64,000 nucleotides of DNA from Scenedesmus sp. PABB004. Lineage: Eukaryota. The stretch is from assembly GCA_014905635.1 (NCBI GenBank), contig CM026547.1, forward strand, positions 2,232,001 through 2,296,000. The letters are read 5' to 3'. The number at the start of each line of letters is the position of its first letter. Within the stretch, counting starts at the first letter, position 1. The translations under genes were made by a program, and so were the position numbers. Below are positions 1 to 13,193 of this stretch, piece by piece. The notes below the pieces were generated by a model. That model did not search any database and was not told the DNA's origin. It was given only the letters and a program-made list of their open reading frames with translations.

Positions 1-936
1 CGCGTCGCGGCGCAGGTCGCGCGGGTCGCCGCGGGTCGCTGCTGTGCGCACTTGGTCCACATCCACGCGGGCGTCTTGTTGAGGTGCGACGCGATGCCGA
101 GGGCGGCGTAGACAAAGACGGTGAAGATGGTGTGCATGGGGCAGATGTAGTAGAGCATGTAACTGTTGCCCAGCACGGCGCAGCAGAAGAGGACCAGGAA
201 GTTGAGGCGCCACATCATCTGGCAAAACCTGGGCCGCGCCGCGGCGACACACGGCGTGGGCGCGAGCAGCCGCGGGCGCGTCAGCCGCGTGCCTGTGGCG
301 CGGCCCCGCGCCGCCGGCCGGCCCGCGGCTGCGGCGGCTGCGGCGGCCGCGGGGGCTGACCGTCCGACGCTGAAATCGCCCGTGCGGTAGTAGTAGGTGA
401 AGTTGCCGTACCCCGTCATCCACACGTAGCCTGCAATGAAGATGCGGATGGCGTTGTAGAGCTCACGCGCCTCAAAGTAGTGGTACAGCAGGAACAGCAC
501 CTGGCAGGGAGGCAGGGCGGGGCAGGGTTGGCGGCAGGGTTGGCGGCAGGGTGGCGGCAGGGCGGCGGCGGCAGGCCCGGCAGGGCGGCGGCAGGGTGGC
601 GGCGGCAGGGGAGGGGAAGCGGCTGCGCGCCGCCCCCCCCCCCCCACACACGCGCGCGCGCACCTGCATCCAGCCCTTCCACTCCTCCGTCTGCGGCCGG
701 TTGAGCAGCAGCGGCGTGCGCACGGGCTGCAGCGAGCTGCCGACCGCGACCGCGGTGAGGCAGGCAAAGAGGAACCAGAAGAGGTCCCGGCTGTACCACT
801 GCGCGGCGGCAGCGCGGGCAGCGGGCGGCGGCAGCGGGCAGGGCGTGGCGGTGTGTGTGTGCGTTGCGTGTGTGCACGCGGGGCGAGCTGCCAGCAGGGC
901 GCGTGCGCGGGCGCGGGCGGGCCGCCGCGGCGCAAC

Positions 937-972
<36 letters not shown>

Positions 973-1976
973 TCTCCGACTGCCAGAAGATGTTGGTGCG
1001 GTCGCACATGTAGAACCACACCAGGATGCTGCCAAACTCCACGCTGCGGCGCCGCGCCCGGGCGGCGCGTGCGGCAGGTCAGCCGGAGGCTTCCCCCCGC
1101 CCTGCCGGCCGCAGCCGTGACAGCCCCAGCGTTGGCGGCGCTGCCAGCTGGCCGGCCCCGCCGCGCGCCGGCCCCGCCGCTCACATGTGCAGCAGCGTGT
1201 CCTTTGAGCCCAGCACCGCGCTCTGCTCCAGCCGCAAGCACCTGCGGCGCACGGGCGGGCGGCGCGCGTCGGCGCGCGCCTGCTGGCAGCCGCCGCGGCC
1301 TGCTGCCTGCCGCGCCGCCTGCCGCGCACCTGAACAGCGGCGTGCTCCAGAAGCCCGCCAGCACGGCCGACGGCTTGACGCTGCTGCTGCCGCCCCCGCC
1401 GCCGCCGCCGTCGCCGCCGCCGCCGCCGGGCGCCGCCGCTGCGCCGTCCTTGTCGCCGCCGTTCACGAGCGCCGTCGTTTCGATCGCCTCGTGCGCTTTG
1501 CTCTCAATGTCCGGGTCCGACAGGTGCACCTTCATCGCCGCCAGCGTCGCGGTCCTGCGTGCCGCGCGCCCGGCGCCCGCTCGGCCGCTGCCCCCGCCCG
1601 CGGCGCCGGGCGGCGCTGCCGCCCACGCCGCCCCTGCCGCCCCTGCCGCGCCGCGCGCCGCGCGCGCACTTGGCTCTGCTCAGCGCCAGCGCGTAAAGGT
1701 AGAGGCCGATGGCCCAGAGGTAGGCCACGCAGAAGCTGACCTGGTGGCGAGCGGCGGCGAGCGGCGCCAGGCGCCGCAGCAGTTGGCGGCCGCGCCGGCG
1801 CCGCCGGGCGTCCATGCCGTTCCAGCGCGCGGCGGGAGGTGGGGCAGCGCCGCGGCACCGTGATCGGCCCGCCGCCGCGGCCCCTGGCGCCGCACCTGGC
1901 CGACGGTGGGCAGGAACAGGGCGGCTTCCCGGGTCTGCGCGGCGGGCGGTGCCGCCGGCGCGCCCTCCGCGCCCAT
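1..1976 (-). CDS. CAS1-domain O-acetyltransferase (REDUCED WALL ACETYLATION-like); multi-exon, 3' end runs off the window
   Basis: The spliced translation gives [75 protein letters not shown] and [18 protein letters not shown], which are the Cas1p/RWA core motifs. ATG at 1976. Confidence 0.9.
939..970. repeat. (CA)n microsatellite at the 5' end of an intron of the CAS1/RWA gene
   Basis: Perfect AC dinucleotide run. On the minus strand it directly follows the AAG|GT donor. Confidence 0.95.
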
Positions 1977-2363
1977 GTTCGTTCCTCCTGTGCTCAGTAT
2001 GGCCGGTTTTCGATGCTTTTCGATGCTGGGGACGGTCTGGAGCTCGGCGCGCGCCTGGGTGCCCCGGTGTGCCGCAAGTGCGCGAGCGGGCGAGGCTGCG
2101 CGGGCGCCGGCCGACGTCTCCAGGACGGTTGACGCCAGGATTGCCCGCGCCGCGGCCGGCCTGCTCGCCCGCCCGCAACGACCTCGAGCGCTGGACCGCG
2201 GAGGCCCAGCGCGCTGGCTGAGCCCGGACACGGCGATCCCCGCCGGCCGCCCCTCTGCCAGACCCTGCTCTGCTCCCTGCGGCCGCCTGGAGGCCCCGCC
2301 TGTGCTCGCCCACCCGCGCGCCGCCGCCGCCGCAGCAGCGGACGCGCGCCGCCGCACGGCGCC

Positions 2364-3412
2364 ATGCAGCCGATCGGCGCCACGCCGCTGGGCGCCATGC
2401 AGCGCCCTCGCCCCGCCGCGCGTCCCTGCGCGAGCCAGCGCGCGGGCGCCAGCCCGCGGCCGACGGCGGCGCACGCCCGGCGCGGCGCGGCCGCGCAGTG
2501 CTCGGCGCTGAGCCGCCGCGAGCAGCTGGCCGCGGGCGGCGCGGTGCTGCTGGCGCCGCTCGCGCTGTCGGCGGGCGGCGCGCGCGCGGAGGAGGGCGGC
2601 GGCGCCGCGGCCGCTGCCACGGCGGGCGTGGTGGATGTGGACGTCGAGGACGGCTTCCGTCTCACCGTGCCGAGCCACTGGGCGGCGGGGGAGGGCCAGC
2701 TCCCCGGCAGCACCAGCTTCCAGGGCGCGTCGGGCGCGCGGCGCACGCTCGCCTGGTACCCGCCCGAGGGCGGGGACGTCAACCTCAGCCTCACCATCAC
2801 CAACACGTCGGCCGAGTTCACCAAGCTCGGCAGGTCCGCGTAGTGGAGTATAAGCAGGCAGCGGCGGCAGCGGCGGCAGCCCTCGCAGACTCGCCGGGCT
2901 CACCTCCCGCCGCCGTCCGCCCCGCCGCCGCGGCGCAGCTTTGGCAACGTGTTCACGTTTGGCCAAAACCTGGTCAACTCGATGGACCGCTCCTTCCTGC
3001 TGCGCGTGCGGGGCAGCACGCCCGTGGGCACGGCGGAGGAGCCGGTGCAGGTCGCCAAGCTGCTGGACGCGCGCGAGACGCGCGGCATGTACTACGTGTG
3101 AGCGCGGCCGCCGCACGGCGCGGGCGCACAGCTGCGCGCGCGGCCGCGCCGCGAGGGGCCGCGCGGCGAGCCGACGCCGCGCGCCGCCCGTCCGCCCTCG
3201 GCGCCGCCGCCCGTGCACGCAGGGAGTACACGGTTGAAAAGCAGCCCGGCCCGAAGCGCCACCTCTACTCGCTCGTCGCGCTGGCCTACAACGGGCGCTA
3301 CAACAGGCTCTACACGCTCACGGGGCAGTGCCTGGAGGAGCAGGTCGACGCCGCGGCGCCGGTGCTGCAGGCGGCGCTCAAGTCGTTCGTGCCGCCCGCG
3401 CGCATCGCGTGA
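2364..3412 (+). CDS. PPD3: PsbP-domain thylakoid lumen protein, PPD3-like; 3 exons
   Basis: Transit peptide with a twin-Arg motif (SRREQL...ARA), then FTKLGSFG...NLVNSMDRS and YYVEYTVEK...HLYSLVALAYNGRYNRLYTLTGQ, matching the PPD3 C-terminal motif. Confidence 0.85.
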
Positions 3413-3755
3413 GCGGCCCGCCCCGTGGCGGCGCCGCTCGGGACGGCGTCGACGGGGCGCGGTGTTTTCCTGTCGAGCGAGGCGCCAGCGCGCCGTGCGT
3501 GCGGCGTGCTGCTGTTGGTGGTGGGCCGGCCGTCTGACGCGCGGGCCGCGTGCTGCGTTGTGCTGTGAGGTGCTGTTCTGTGATGCGTTGGTGAGCGCAC
3601 ACGCCAAACGCAACCAGTTTTGTCTGAGTGGCTGCAGCAGTTGCGCGGTCGCCTGACTGCAGAGGGTGGAGTAACCTCGAGCCGCGCGCGCGCCCGCGCC
3701 TGCGCCTTGGGCTCGGCCGCGCCGCGCCTGCCGCCCAGCACGCCGCCGCCAGCGC

Positions 3756-4686
3756 TCAGCCCGTGATGCCCGGCAGGGCGCCCTTCTCAGCAAACGTCAG
3801 CCCAAACGCAACGATGGCTGCGGGGGAGGGCGGAAGGGCGGCGGCAGGGGGGGGGTCAGCTTGAGCACTGCCGGAGGCTGGCCGCCTGCACGGTCCAGGG
3901 CGCTGAGGGTCGAGGGGCCCCCCTCCCTGGCCCGCCCCAGGCACGCTCAGGCGCCCACGCTCACCGCCAAGCAGGGAGAGGTAGGAAAACCCCTCCACTG
4001 CACCGAGCAGCCCCGCAGGCCCCGCGGGCAGGCCGCTGCCGGTGCGGGCCTTGGTCGCAACGGACCAGGCGATGATGCCCACGACGACCAGGTAGCTCAC
4101 GCCCTCTGCGCGTGGACAGCCCCGATGACGGCAGTGTGGCCGCGGCGCGGCGGCCGGGGCCGGCGACGGCGGTGTGGGGCGCAGCGCGGCGGCCGGGCCC
4201 GGCGCCGCCGGGCGCGGGTGGTCGGCCGGGCTCACCGAGCGCGCCGAGCGCGCCGCCGGGCCCCGGTGGCAGTCCGGCGCCCGTCGTTTTGAGCGTGTAC
4301 TCGCTCCACAGGCACACCGGGTTGGCCACCAGCCCCGCCGCGATGCCCGCATACTCGGCCGGGCCGACGGCGTCGCCCTGCGCGGCGCGCACCACGACCG
4401 CGCGGCGCGGCCGCACGCCAGCGCGCGCGGGCTGGAACGCGGCTGCGGGAGGTGGGAGGCAGGGCGGCGGGCGTGAGGGGCTGGGGGGCGGCGGCGGGCC
4501 GGCCATTGCCGCCGCGCGCGAGCAGCGCCGCGCTGCTCCGCGGCACGGCTCCAGCGCTGCCGCTGCTGGCTCGCTCCCACTACGACGCCAGTTCCAGGGT
4601 CGCCACGCGTCCGCCACCGCGCGCCCGGGGCGCCCACCTGCGCGCTGCAGCCGGGGCGCGGCGGCGCCAGAGAGGCACGCCCGCAT
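3756..4686 (-). CDS. Small chloroplast membrane protein with a duplicated GLPxGPxGxLGAxEG motif; conserved green-lineage protein of unknown function; 4 exons
   Basis: WSEYTLKTTGAGLPPGPGGALGAL|EGVSYLVVVG and KARTGSGLPAGPAGLLGAVEGFSYL, after a transit-peptide-like N-terminus. GT-AG introns restore the frame. Confidence 0.75.
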
Positions 4687-5016
4687 CTCTGCTCTGCGGC
4701 GAATTGAGGGGGCGGGGTGGGTGCCTGCAGCTCGGGGAGGACGTGTGCGGGTCCCACGTCGGCGCGGCGAGGCCTGATCGCGCGCGGCGGCGGCGCGGCG
4801 TGCGAGCGGTCACGACCGTCGTCGGCGCGCCAGTTGCCTGCGCCGCTGCCGATCGGCGCCGCAGCTGCCCCACGCCACTGCCCTCACTGCTGCCGACAGG
4901 ACTTGCACCAAGGCCGCCCCTCACCGCCACCACACCCGCGCGCCACGCCAAGCAGCAGCGCACGCCACAGCGCCGCGGCTGCGGCGGCGGCCGCCGGCCC
5001 GCGCGGCGCAGCGGCG

Positions 5017-5990
5017 ATGCGTGGCGGCGCGGCGGCGCAGCTTGCGGGCGGCGCCTGGTGCCTGGCCATTGCCGCCGCCTACGTCGCCGCGCTCTACGCG
5101 GTGCGCGCGCCGGCGTCGCGGCAGCACCCCACGACCGTGCGGCGGCGCATGGCCGCGGTCGCGGTCGTGTCGGCCGGCGCCTGGCTGCCCGCCGCGCTGT
5201 CGCGGCAGCAGCTCGTCGCCGCGGGCGCCGCGCCGGCGCCGCCCGGCCTGGCCGCGCTGCTGGGCCTGCGCGGCGGCCCCGGCGCGCTGGCGGCGCTGGG
5301 CGAGGCGCTGGGTCTCGTGCTCACGCTATACGCTGGGCCGCTGCTCTTCCGCGGCGCCGCGGCGGCGGCGGCGGCGCGCGCGCGCGGCGGCCTCCTGCGC
5401 GGCGGCGCGCCGGGCCGGCACGCGCCGGGCGTGCACGCGCTGCGGGACTGCGTCGTCGCGCCGCTCACGGAGGAGTGGTGCTTCCGCGGCTGCATGGTCC
5501 CGCTGCTGTGGCTGCGGGGCGTGCCGCCCGCGCGCATAATCTTTGCCACGCCGCTGTGCTTCGGGCTGTGCCACCTCCACCACGCGCGCGAGCTGGTGCT
5601 CGTGCAGCGCTGGCCGGCGGGCCGCGTCGCCGCGGTGGTGCGCCGGCGGGGCCGAACGGGGGGCGCGCGCGGTGATTGCGCACCCGCGCCGCGTCCGCTC
5701 ACCGCCGCCCGCCCGCCGCCGTCGCTGCCGCGCAGCTCTGCTTCCAGCTGGCCTACACGACGCTGTTCGGCTGGTTTGCGACCTGGCTGCTCCTGGCGTC
5801 GGGGCGGCTCGCGCCGGCGGTCGTCGCACACGCGCTCGCCAACGCGCTCGGCGTGCCCCCGTTCGCCGACATGGCCGCGCACCCACGCCGGCGCCTGTGG
5901 CTGGGCGCCACCGCGCTCGGCATCGCCGGCTTTGCCCTCGGACTCGCCGCGGCGGCGCGGCGCGGGCTCGCGTACCCGGCCGGCGACTGA
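5017..5990 (+). CDS. RCE1: CAAX prenyl protease 2 (Rce1/FACE2, Abi family); 2 exons
   Basis: Contains APLTEEWCFRGCM, FGLCHLHH, FQLAYTTLFG and HALAN, the Rce1 catalytic EExxxR, FxxxH and HxxxN motifs. Confidence 0.9.
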
Positions 5991-6269
5991 GCCTCGCGCC
6001 GGAGCCGCCGCGCGGGCGCCGGTGTCGGAGGCACACTCGGACCTGGGGCCAGCTCGGGAGCGAGCTCGGGCGCCGGTTGGCGGCCAAAAAACAGCCGCCC
6101 CGGCAACAGCTTTTTTCGCCGAGCGCGCCGCGCTCACCCCAGCTCTCCACAGCCGTCCTGAGACTGTCACACGCGTCCCCAGCCCGCGCGGTGGCGAGGC
6201 GCGCGCGGCCCGCGAGAGGCGGAGCAGCGCCGGAGCAGCGCGCCGAGAGCCTGCCGGCCGGCGCCCGAC

Positions 6270-7602
6270 ATGGGCTTCCTGCTGGCGCAGTGGCTCTGCC
6301 TGGGCAGCGGCGGCGCCGCGGCCGCGCGCGAGCAGCAAGGGGTGAGCGCGCAGCGGCGGCGCCGCGACTCGCCGCGACTCGCGGCGCCGCCGGGCCTGCC
6401 CTCGCGCCTTCGCCGCGCTCATTGCTCGCCCGCCGCCGGCGTGCAGGCGGGACCGCCGCTCGCGGGGGCTGAGCCGCGGCCGCCGGGCCAGGCGAAGCAG
6501 CAGCAGCGCGACGCGCGCGCTGCGACGCCGCTCGGCGGCGCGGCGGCGGCGAAGAAGCGCGGCGCGGCGGCGCCGGACGGGGACGGCGCCTCCTCCAGCT
6601 CCGGCATCCCCGCGGCCATGCACGTGCCGGCGAGCGACTGCGGCGCGAGCACGAGCTACCCGCCGGGCGTTGCCGGCGACTGGGACGCGCTCGGCGCGTG
6701 CATGGCCAGCGCGGGCGAGGCGGAGGCCGGCGTCAACGCCGTGGTGCGCGCTGGCTCGCGGCGGCAGCGGGCGGCGCTCCCGGCGGCGGCGCGCGCGGGG
6801 GCGCGCTGGGCGGGCGGGCGCGCGCGCGCGCCAGCCGCGCCGCCGGCGGCGCGGCCGGCGCGCGCGCGCGCCCGCCCGCCCAGCGCGCCCCCGCGCGCGC
6901 CGCCGCAGCTCGACGGCAGCATCAAGAGCGCGCAGGCGCTCTTTGCGCGCTACGACATGGCCCGGCGCGGCGGCCTGGCGCGGCAGGACCTGTACGACCT
7001 GCTGCTGGAGCTCGCGCTGCCGCTGCCCTACGAAGCCTACGACCGCCTCGTCGGCGCGGCGCTCACCGCAGCGGGTGCGCGGCGTGTGCGGCGTGTGCGG
7101 AAGCACGCGGCGGCGGCAGCGGTGGCCGCGGCCGACGCCACACCGCGCGTGGCGGCGGCGCAGCGGCCGGCCGGCTCACGCCCGCTCGCCCGCATGCCGC
7201 GGCGCGCGCAGACGCGGACCGCGACGGCCTGCTGCGTGTCGCCGACTTTATTGCTCTGTACAAGTGCTTTGCCGCGCTGCGCCGCGCGTTCCGGCGCAAC
7301 GACCACCACGGCAACGGCCAGATCGATCGCCACGACTTCGCCATGGTGCTCCGCGAGCTGGAGCGCGAATGCGAGCTGCCGGGCTTGCAGGCACTGGCCG
7401 ACGCGGCGTTCTGGTGCGGCAGCGGCCGCGCGCGCGCGGCGCGCTGCCGCGGCGGCTGCGTGCCGACGCGCCGCACCCGCCCGCCCGCAGCGCCGCCGAC
7501 GCCCAGGGGCGGGGGGTCGTCAATTTTGGGCAGGCGCTCCTCTGGTGGAGCGGCCACCTCGCGGCCGGCTGCTGCTGCCGCGCCGCCGCGGAGGGGCTGT
7601 AG
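6270..7602 (+). CDS. EF-hand calcium-binding protein; multi-exon
   Basis: EF-hand-like loops DMARRGGLARQDL, DADRDGLLRVADF and DHHGNGQIDRHDF. Starts MGFLL. A TGTAA lies downstream at 8024. Confidence 0.7.
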
Positions 7603-8256
7603 CAGCCCCGTGTGCTCTCCCTCGCCGCTGCCAGCGCACGCTCGGCGCCCTGCCAGGGGCTGGCCGGGCTACCTGGACCGCAGCGGCGCGGCGCGCGTGG
7701 CCGCCAGGCGGCCGCCGCCTGACTTGACGCATCCCTTGTGTTGCTGGTGCGGCCGCCGCCCACTGGCGTGCCGCTTGACTGACACGGTGGAGGGTCGACC
7801 CTGTGACGGTGCAGAGAATCCCCCATGGGGATGTTGGCGGCGCACGAGCACTATTCTTTTCGATCGCGCGGGCGTTTTCCGCTGCCGGCGCGGGCCTAGG
7901 CCGGGCCTCGCACGCGAGCCCAGCGCGCTGCTCGCTCGCCGGCGTGGCTGTTTCGGGGGCGGCCCACACCCTCCGTGTGGGCGGCATGCCTGCGGCCAGC
8001 GAGCGCCTCGGACGACGGGCCTTTGTAAACCTGAGCTCTTGACCCTGAGTCGGCGCCCAGCGCTTGCACCCAGCCCCCGGCCAGCCCCAACTCCAACGAC
8101 GTCGCGTGCACGGCCGCCAGCCAGCCAGCAGCGCGCACCCGCCATGCATGCGTGTGCCCCTCCCCCTCCCCCAGTCAAGCGTCAGCAGTGTCGTCAGTAG
8201 TGCCGTGTGGTCCAGGTGCAGCCCCTCCTGACACAGCCCCTCGCGCGCCCGCCGGC

Positions 8257-10998
8257 TCACGGCCGCCGCACCTTTGGCGCCGTGAAGTTGGGCTTGAGCA
8301 GCATGTGCGCGGGCATGACGTCCATGGTGCCCGGCGGCGGCAGCGGGCCCAGCGCCTTGCGCTTGCCCAGCATCGCGCGCGCGCTAGGCTTGCTGGCGGC
8401 GCCGCTGCGGGCGGCGCGGCGCGGCGCGTCAGGCGCGGCGCGCATGCAGCCGCGCGCGCACGCGCGCGCGCGCGCGCGGCTGCGGCCTGCGCCATGCTCA
8501 CCTCGCGGCGCGCGCGGTGAGCGTCTTGAGCATGTCCGCGGCAGACACGCGCTCCTGCGCCGCGGCCGCCACCCTGCGCGGCGCGGACGGCAGCGCGCGC
8601 GGGGTGGGCCGCTGGCTGCTGCCCGGCGCCCGCGCGCCGCCTGCCGCGCCGCCTGCCGCCGCCGGCAGGTACCTAGGCAGCGCCAGCGCCGCCGTGGGAT
8701 TGGCGGTAGACCGGGGCTCAAAGCTGAGCGGCGGCGGCGCTGACGGCGCGGCGGCCTTGCCGCCGCCGCTGCGTCGCTGCGCGGCCTTGCTGCCCTCGCC
8801 CGCCGGCTGCTCCGGCGCGCCGCGCCGGTTGTCGTCAACCTGCTGCAGCACGCGCGGCGGCGGCACGCTGGGGCCCGCCTGCGCCGCGGCGGCTGCGCCC
8901 CGGGCCGCGTGGGCCGGCCGGTGGGCCCTGGCCGGCGGCTGCTCCAGCTCCAGCTGCTGCTCCTCCTCCGCCTCCTCCGCGTGCACGTGCTCCTCCTCCT
9001 CCTCCTCCTCCTGCTCCTCCGCGACGTCTGACGTCGCCGCGGCCGCCTTGGCCCGCGCACGCTGGCCGCGCCGGCCGCCGCCGCCGGGCGCGGGCGCGCG
9101 CCGGCCCTTGCCGCCGCCGGCGGGCGGGGGCGGGCTGAGCGCCGCCACGATGTCGTCCACCGCCCGCACCGCCGCGCGCGTGCTGGCCTCCTGCTGTGCC
9201 TCCAGCTCCGCCTCCAGCGCCGCGGCGCGCCGCGCCTCCCTGGCGGCCTGCTTGGCAGCCGCCTTGAGCTGGCCCTGCAGCTCGCCGACCTGCGGGGGGG
9301 GGGGGGGGGGGGGGGGGGGTGAGCGCCGCCAGCAGCAGGGCGCGGCTGCACGCGCACCCTCCCTCTCTCCCCAGAGCGCCTGGCCCCACCTGCTGGTCCA
9401 GCTCCACCACGCGCGCCTCCAGACCCCTGCTGGCCGCGCCCACCCTTGCGGCCGCGCTGCTGCCCGCCTCCGCGGCGGCCCTGCGACGACGGCGGCGCCA
9501 CGGCGTTCAGCCAGGCGCACCCGCCGCGCCGCCGCGCGGCGCCGCCCTGCGCGGCTGCGCCGCCCACCTCGCCGCCCGCTCCACGGCGAGCTGCTGGCGC
9601 ATGGCCGCGAGCTCGTCCAGCAGCCTGCCCTCAGTGATGGTCGCCTTCTCACGCATGCCCGCCAGCTGGGCCTGCGGCAGACGCGGCGACAGTTGCTGAG
9701 AGCTGCAGGCCGGCCCGCGCGGCCGCGCCGCCACGCGGGCCCGCCCGGCGCGCCCACGCGCGCGCGCCTGCGACAGCTGCATCTGCTGCGACGCCGTCTC
9801 CTTGCTGGCCTGCTCCAGCTTGCGCCACTCCTCCAGCTGCAGCTCCTTGACCGCCAGCGCGTCGCACGCGGTCTCTGCGGCCACGCCCGCCTTGCGCGCG
9901 ACCGACTCCGCCTCGACGCGCGCGCCGCGCTCCTCCTCCAGGCGCTTCTTGTAGCTGCGCGCGGCGAGCGCCGCGGCCGAGGCAGGGGCGCAGGGCAGGG
10001 GCGGGGGCAGGGCAGTCGGGCGGCGCCCCGCGGGTGGGCCGCGCCGCCGCGTCGCGGCTCGCCGCGCGCACCTGCGCAGCTCGCCCTTGAGCGAGTCCAG
10101 CGTGCGCTGCAGCTGCTCCTTGGCGGCGGCCGCCTCGCCGCCGCGCGCCGCGCCCTCGTTGAGCTGCTGCAGCAGGCTGGCGTTCTCCGCGCGCAGCGCC
10201 GCCAGCGCCGCCTGCGCCTCGGCGGCCGCCGCGCCCGTCGCGCTGCAGCGCCCGCTCGTGAGCTTCAGCTCCTCCCGCAGCTGCGTGAGCTGCATGTCCG
10301 CCGCCAGCGCCTGGCTCTGCGGCCGGCCGGCGGGGGGAGCAGGGCGCGGGGCGGCGGGGCACGTCGGCGGCGCCGCGCGCGGCCGGCCGCGGCGCTGAGC
10401 ACGTGGGTGCGCGCCGGCGCACCTGGTACTTGGAGGCCTCCGCCTGCGCCTGCGCCTTGGCCGCCGTCATGTCGGTGAGCGCCGCCGCCGCGTCGCTCAG
10501 CTGCGCCCGCAGCGCCGCGCCGCTCGCGAGGAGCCGCGCCTCGTGCGCGGTCATGAGCTCGGCGTTGCGCTCGTGCAGCTGCACGTTCTCGCGCGCGCTC
10601 GCGAGCTTGAGGCGCATGAGCGAGCACTGTTTGCGCCAGCGCAGCACCTCGAGCTTGAGCTGCTCGTTCTGCAGCTGCGCCTGGCGCAGCTCCAGCTGCA
10701 GCAGCCGCTGCGCCTGCGCGGCGGCATCGGCGGCAGCGGGTGGGGACGAGGGGGGGGGGGGGGGGGATCGAGGCGGGGCGGGGCTCGGCGCGGCCGAGCG
10801 GCGGCGCGGGTGCGCGTGCGGCGCGGCCGCGTGCGAACGGCGCACCTCGTCGACCTCCTTCTTGCGGTACTCCGCCTCATGCTGCTGCGCCTCCTGCGCG
10901 TGCACCACCTGCAGGCCATGCAGGCGCTCCTCGGCGGCGATGCGGGCGCGAGATATCTCCAGCAGCTGCACCAGCGCGCCATCCGCAGGCGCCGCCAT
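8257..10998 (-). CDS. Long coiled-coil protein of unknown function; multi-exon
   Basis: Heptad-rich exons (LQLELRQAQLQNEQLKLEV, QLTQLREELK, YKKRLEEERGAR) are joined by GT/GC-AG introns, followed by an acidic E tract and a basic C-terminus. The stop position is tentative. Confidence 0.6.
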
Positions 10999-11490
10999 TG
11001 CCGCGGCGCGCGCTGCTCCCCCTGCTGCCCGCGGCGGTGCTGCGCTGCGCTGCGGTAACGCCGGCCGTCCCCGGCGTCACGGGAGCGGCCCGCCCCGGCC
11101 TGGAGCGGAGCAGGCTGGGAGCCACCGGGGCTGCTCGTTGTTGGCGACGCGCACGGCGGCCCAGCAGTGTCGTGGGGCAGCCGACGATGCGATAGGAGGC
11201 GCGAGGCGGCGGGGGACGGGCGGGGCTGCGCGCAGGCAGCGACAGCCGGCTTGAACTTTAACGCGCGGGCGTGGCCGCCGGCGCGCTTCTTTTCGCTCCC
11301 GCCGGCGTTCCAGACAGCTCTCCCGACAGGCCGAGCACACGCTTCGCAAGCGCGCCGCGGCGCAGTGCGCGCAGTGCACACACCCCGCGGCAGCAGCGGC
11401 GGCCGCCGGCGCCGCCGCGCGGCGGTGCGCCGGGCGCCCCGTCCTGCCAGGACGCACTCGGGGCGCCGCCGCAGCGGGGTCACGGCATCA

Positions 11491-13158
11491 ATGGCGGCGC
11501 CGCCGCTGGCCGAGCTGCCGGCGCGGCTGGCCGCGCTCGCGGCGGCCGCGCCGCCGGGCGCGCCGCTCGCCGCGCGCCAGGCGCTCGCGGTGGCGGCGTG
11601 GGGCGCCGCCGCCGCCGCCACGCCGGCGGCGCTGTCGGCGCTGTTTGATGCCGCGCGCGAGGCCCTGGCGGACGGCCGCGGCGACGAGGCCCTCGCCGCG
11701 GCGGCGGCGGCGCTCGCGGGCCTCGAGGCGCGGCCGGTGGGCGCGCTCGTGCTGGCGCAGTTTGCGGACGCGGTGCTGCTGCCGCTCGCGGCCGCGCGCG
11801 CGCGCGACGGCGCGCAGGCAGAGGCGGAGCAGCTCGTGCGCGCGACGGCCCGCCTGCTCGCGCGCGGCGGGCACTGGGGACTCGCGCTCGACGCGGCGGC
11901 GGCGGCGCACGCGAGCCTCGCGCCCGAGGGCGCGGCGGCCGGCGCGCGGCTCCCGGAGCCGCAGGCGGGGCGCATCACGCTGCGGCTGCCGCCGGCCGTC
12001 GCAGCCGCGGCGGTCGCGGCGCTGTCCGAGGCGGCGGCGGCCGCCGCGGGCGGCGACGACGCCGCCGGCGCGGCGCCCCTGCTGGCGCTGTGCGCGGGGC
12101 CGCTGTTTGGCACCGCGCTGCAGCTGCTGACCAGCCCCAACGCGGCGCTGCGGCGGCTGTCCTTCCAGGTGCTCCTGCCGGCGCTGCTGGACGCGGCGGG
12201 CGCGGCGGGCGCGCGCGCCGCCTGCATGGCCGCGCTCTGGCGGCAGTGCCTCGACATGGCGGCCGCGCCGGCGCTGCCGCGGCGCATGGGCCTGGCGCTG
12301 CTGCTGCACCACCACGCCGCCTGGGGCGTGCTCCCGCCGTCGCCGGGCGACGGCGACGGCAGCAGCGGCGACTGCGCCAGCGACGCGGCGGCGGCGAGCG
12401 GCGCCGACGCGCCCGCCGCCGGCCCGGCCGCGGCGCCGGGCGAGAGCCGGCGCTTCTGGGCGGTGCTGCGGTCGTGCCTCGCCGACGGCGAGCCGCTCAA
12501 CCGCAAGCGCGCGCTGCGCCTGCTGCAGCTGCTGCTGCCGGAGGCGGAGCTGCGCGCCGCGCCGGTGTGGGGCACGTTCCTGGTGCTCCTGGAGCTGCTC
12601 GAGGAGTTCAGCGTCCACCTGGTCAAGGAGTCGTGGCCCCTGGTGAGCGCGGCGCCGCGGCTGCGCGTCGCCAGGTCGGCGGCGGCGGGCGGGCAGGCGG
12701 GCGGGCCGCCAACGCGCGCTGCGCGGCGCGGCGCGCAGGTCAGCACGCTGCACCCGGCGGCGCCCGAGTTTGCGGGCGAGGACGCCGCCGCGGACGTGGC
12801 GCACAGCGGTGCGATGAATCGCATCAAGCGCGCCCAGGCGGGGCAGCAGGCGCCCGGCGGCGGCACCATGCCGCAGGGCGGCGATGGCGCGGGCGCGGGC
12901 GCGGACGCGCCGCTGCCGCTCGCCTTTGAGTGGACGCGGGTGCTGTGGGAGCTGGCGCTGCGGCACAAGAACCTGCAGGTGCAGCGCATGGCGCTCAAGA
13001 CGCTGCTCAAGCGCCGCTGGACGGCGCGGGTGCTGTCCTCGGTCCCCGTGGCCTTCATCACCGGCAGCCTGCTGCCCGCGCTCATGAGCCCCGTGCACCA
13101 CCGTGTTGCGTCGGCGGGGGGCCTCACCGCCACGGGCGGCGCCGTGGCTGCCGGCGGT

Positions 13159-13193
<35 letters not shown>

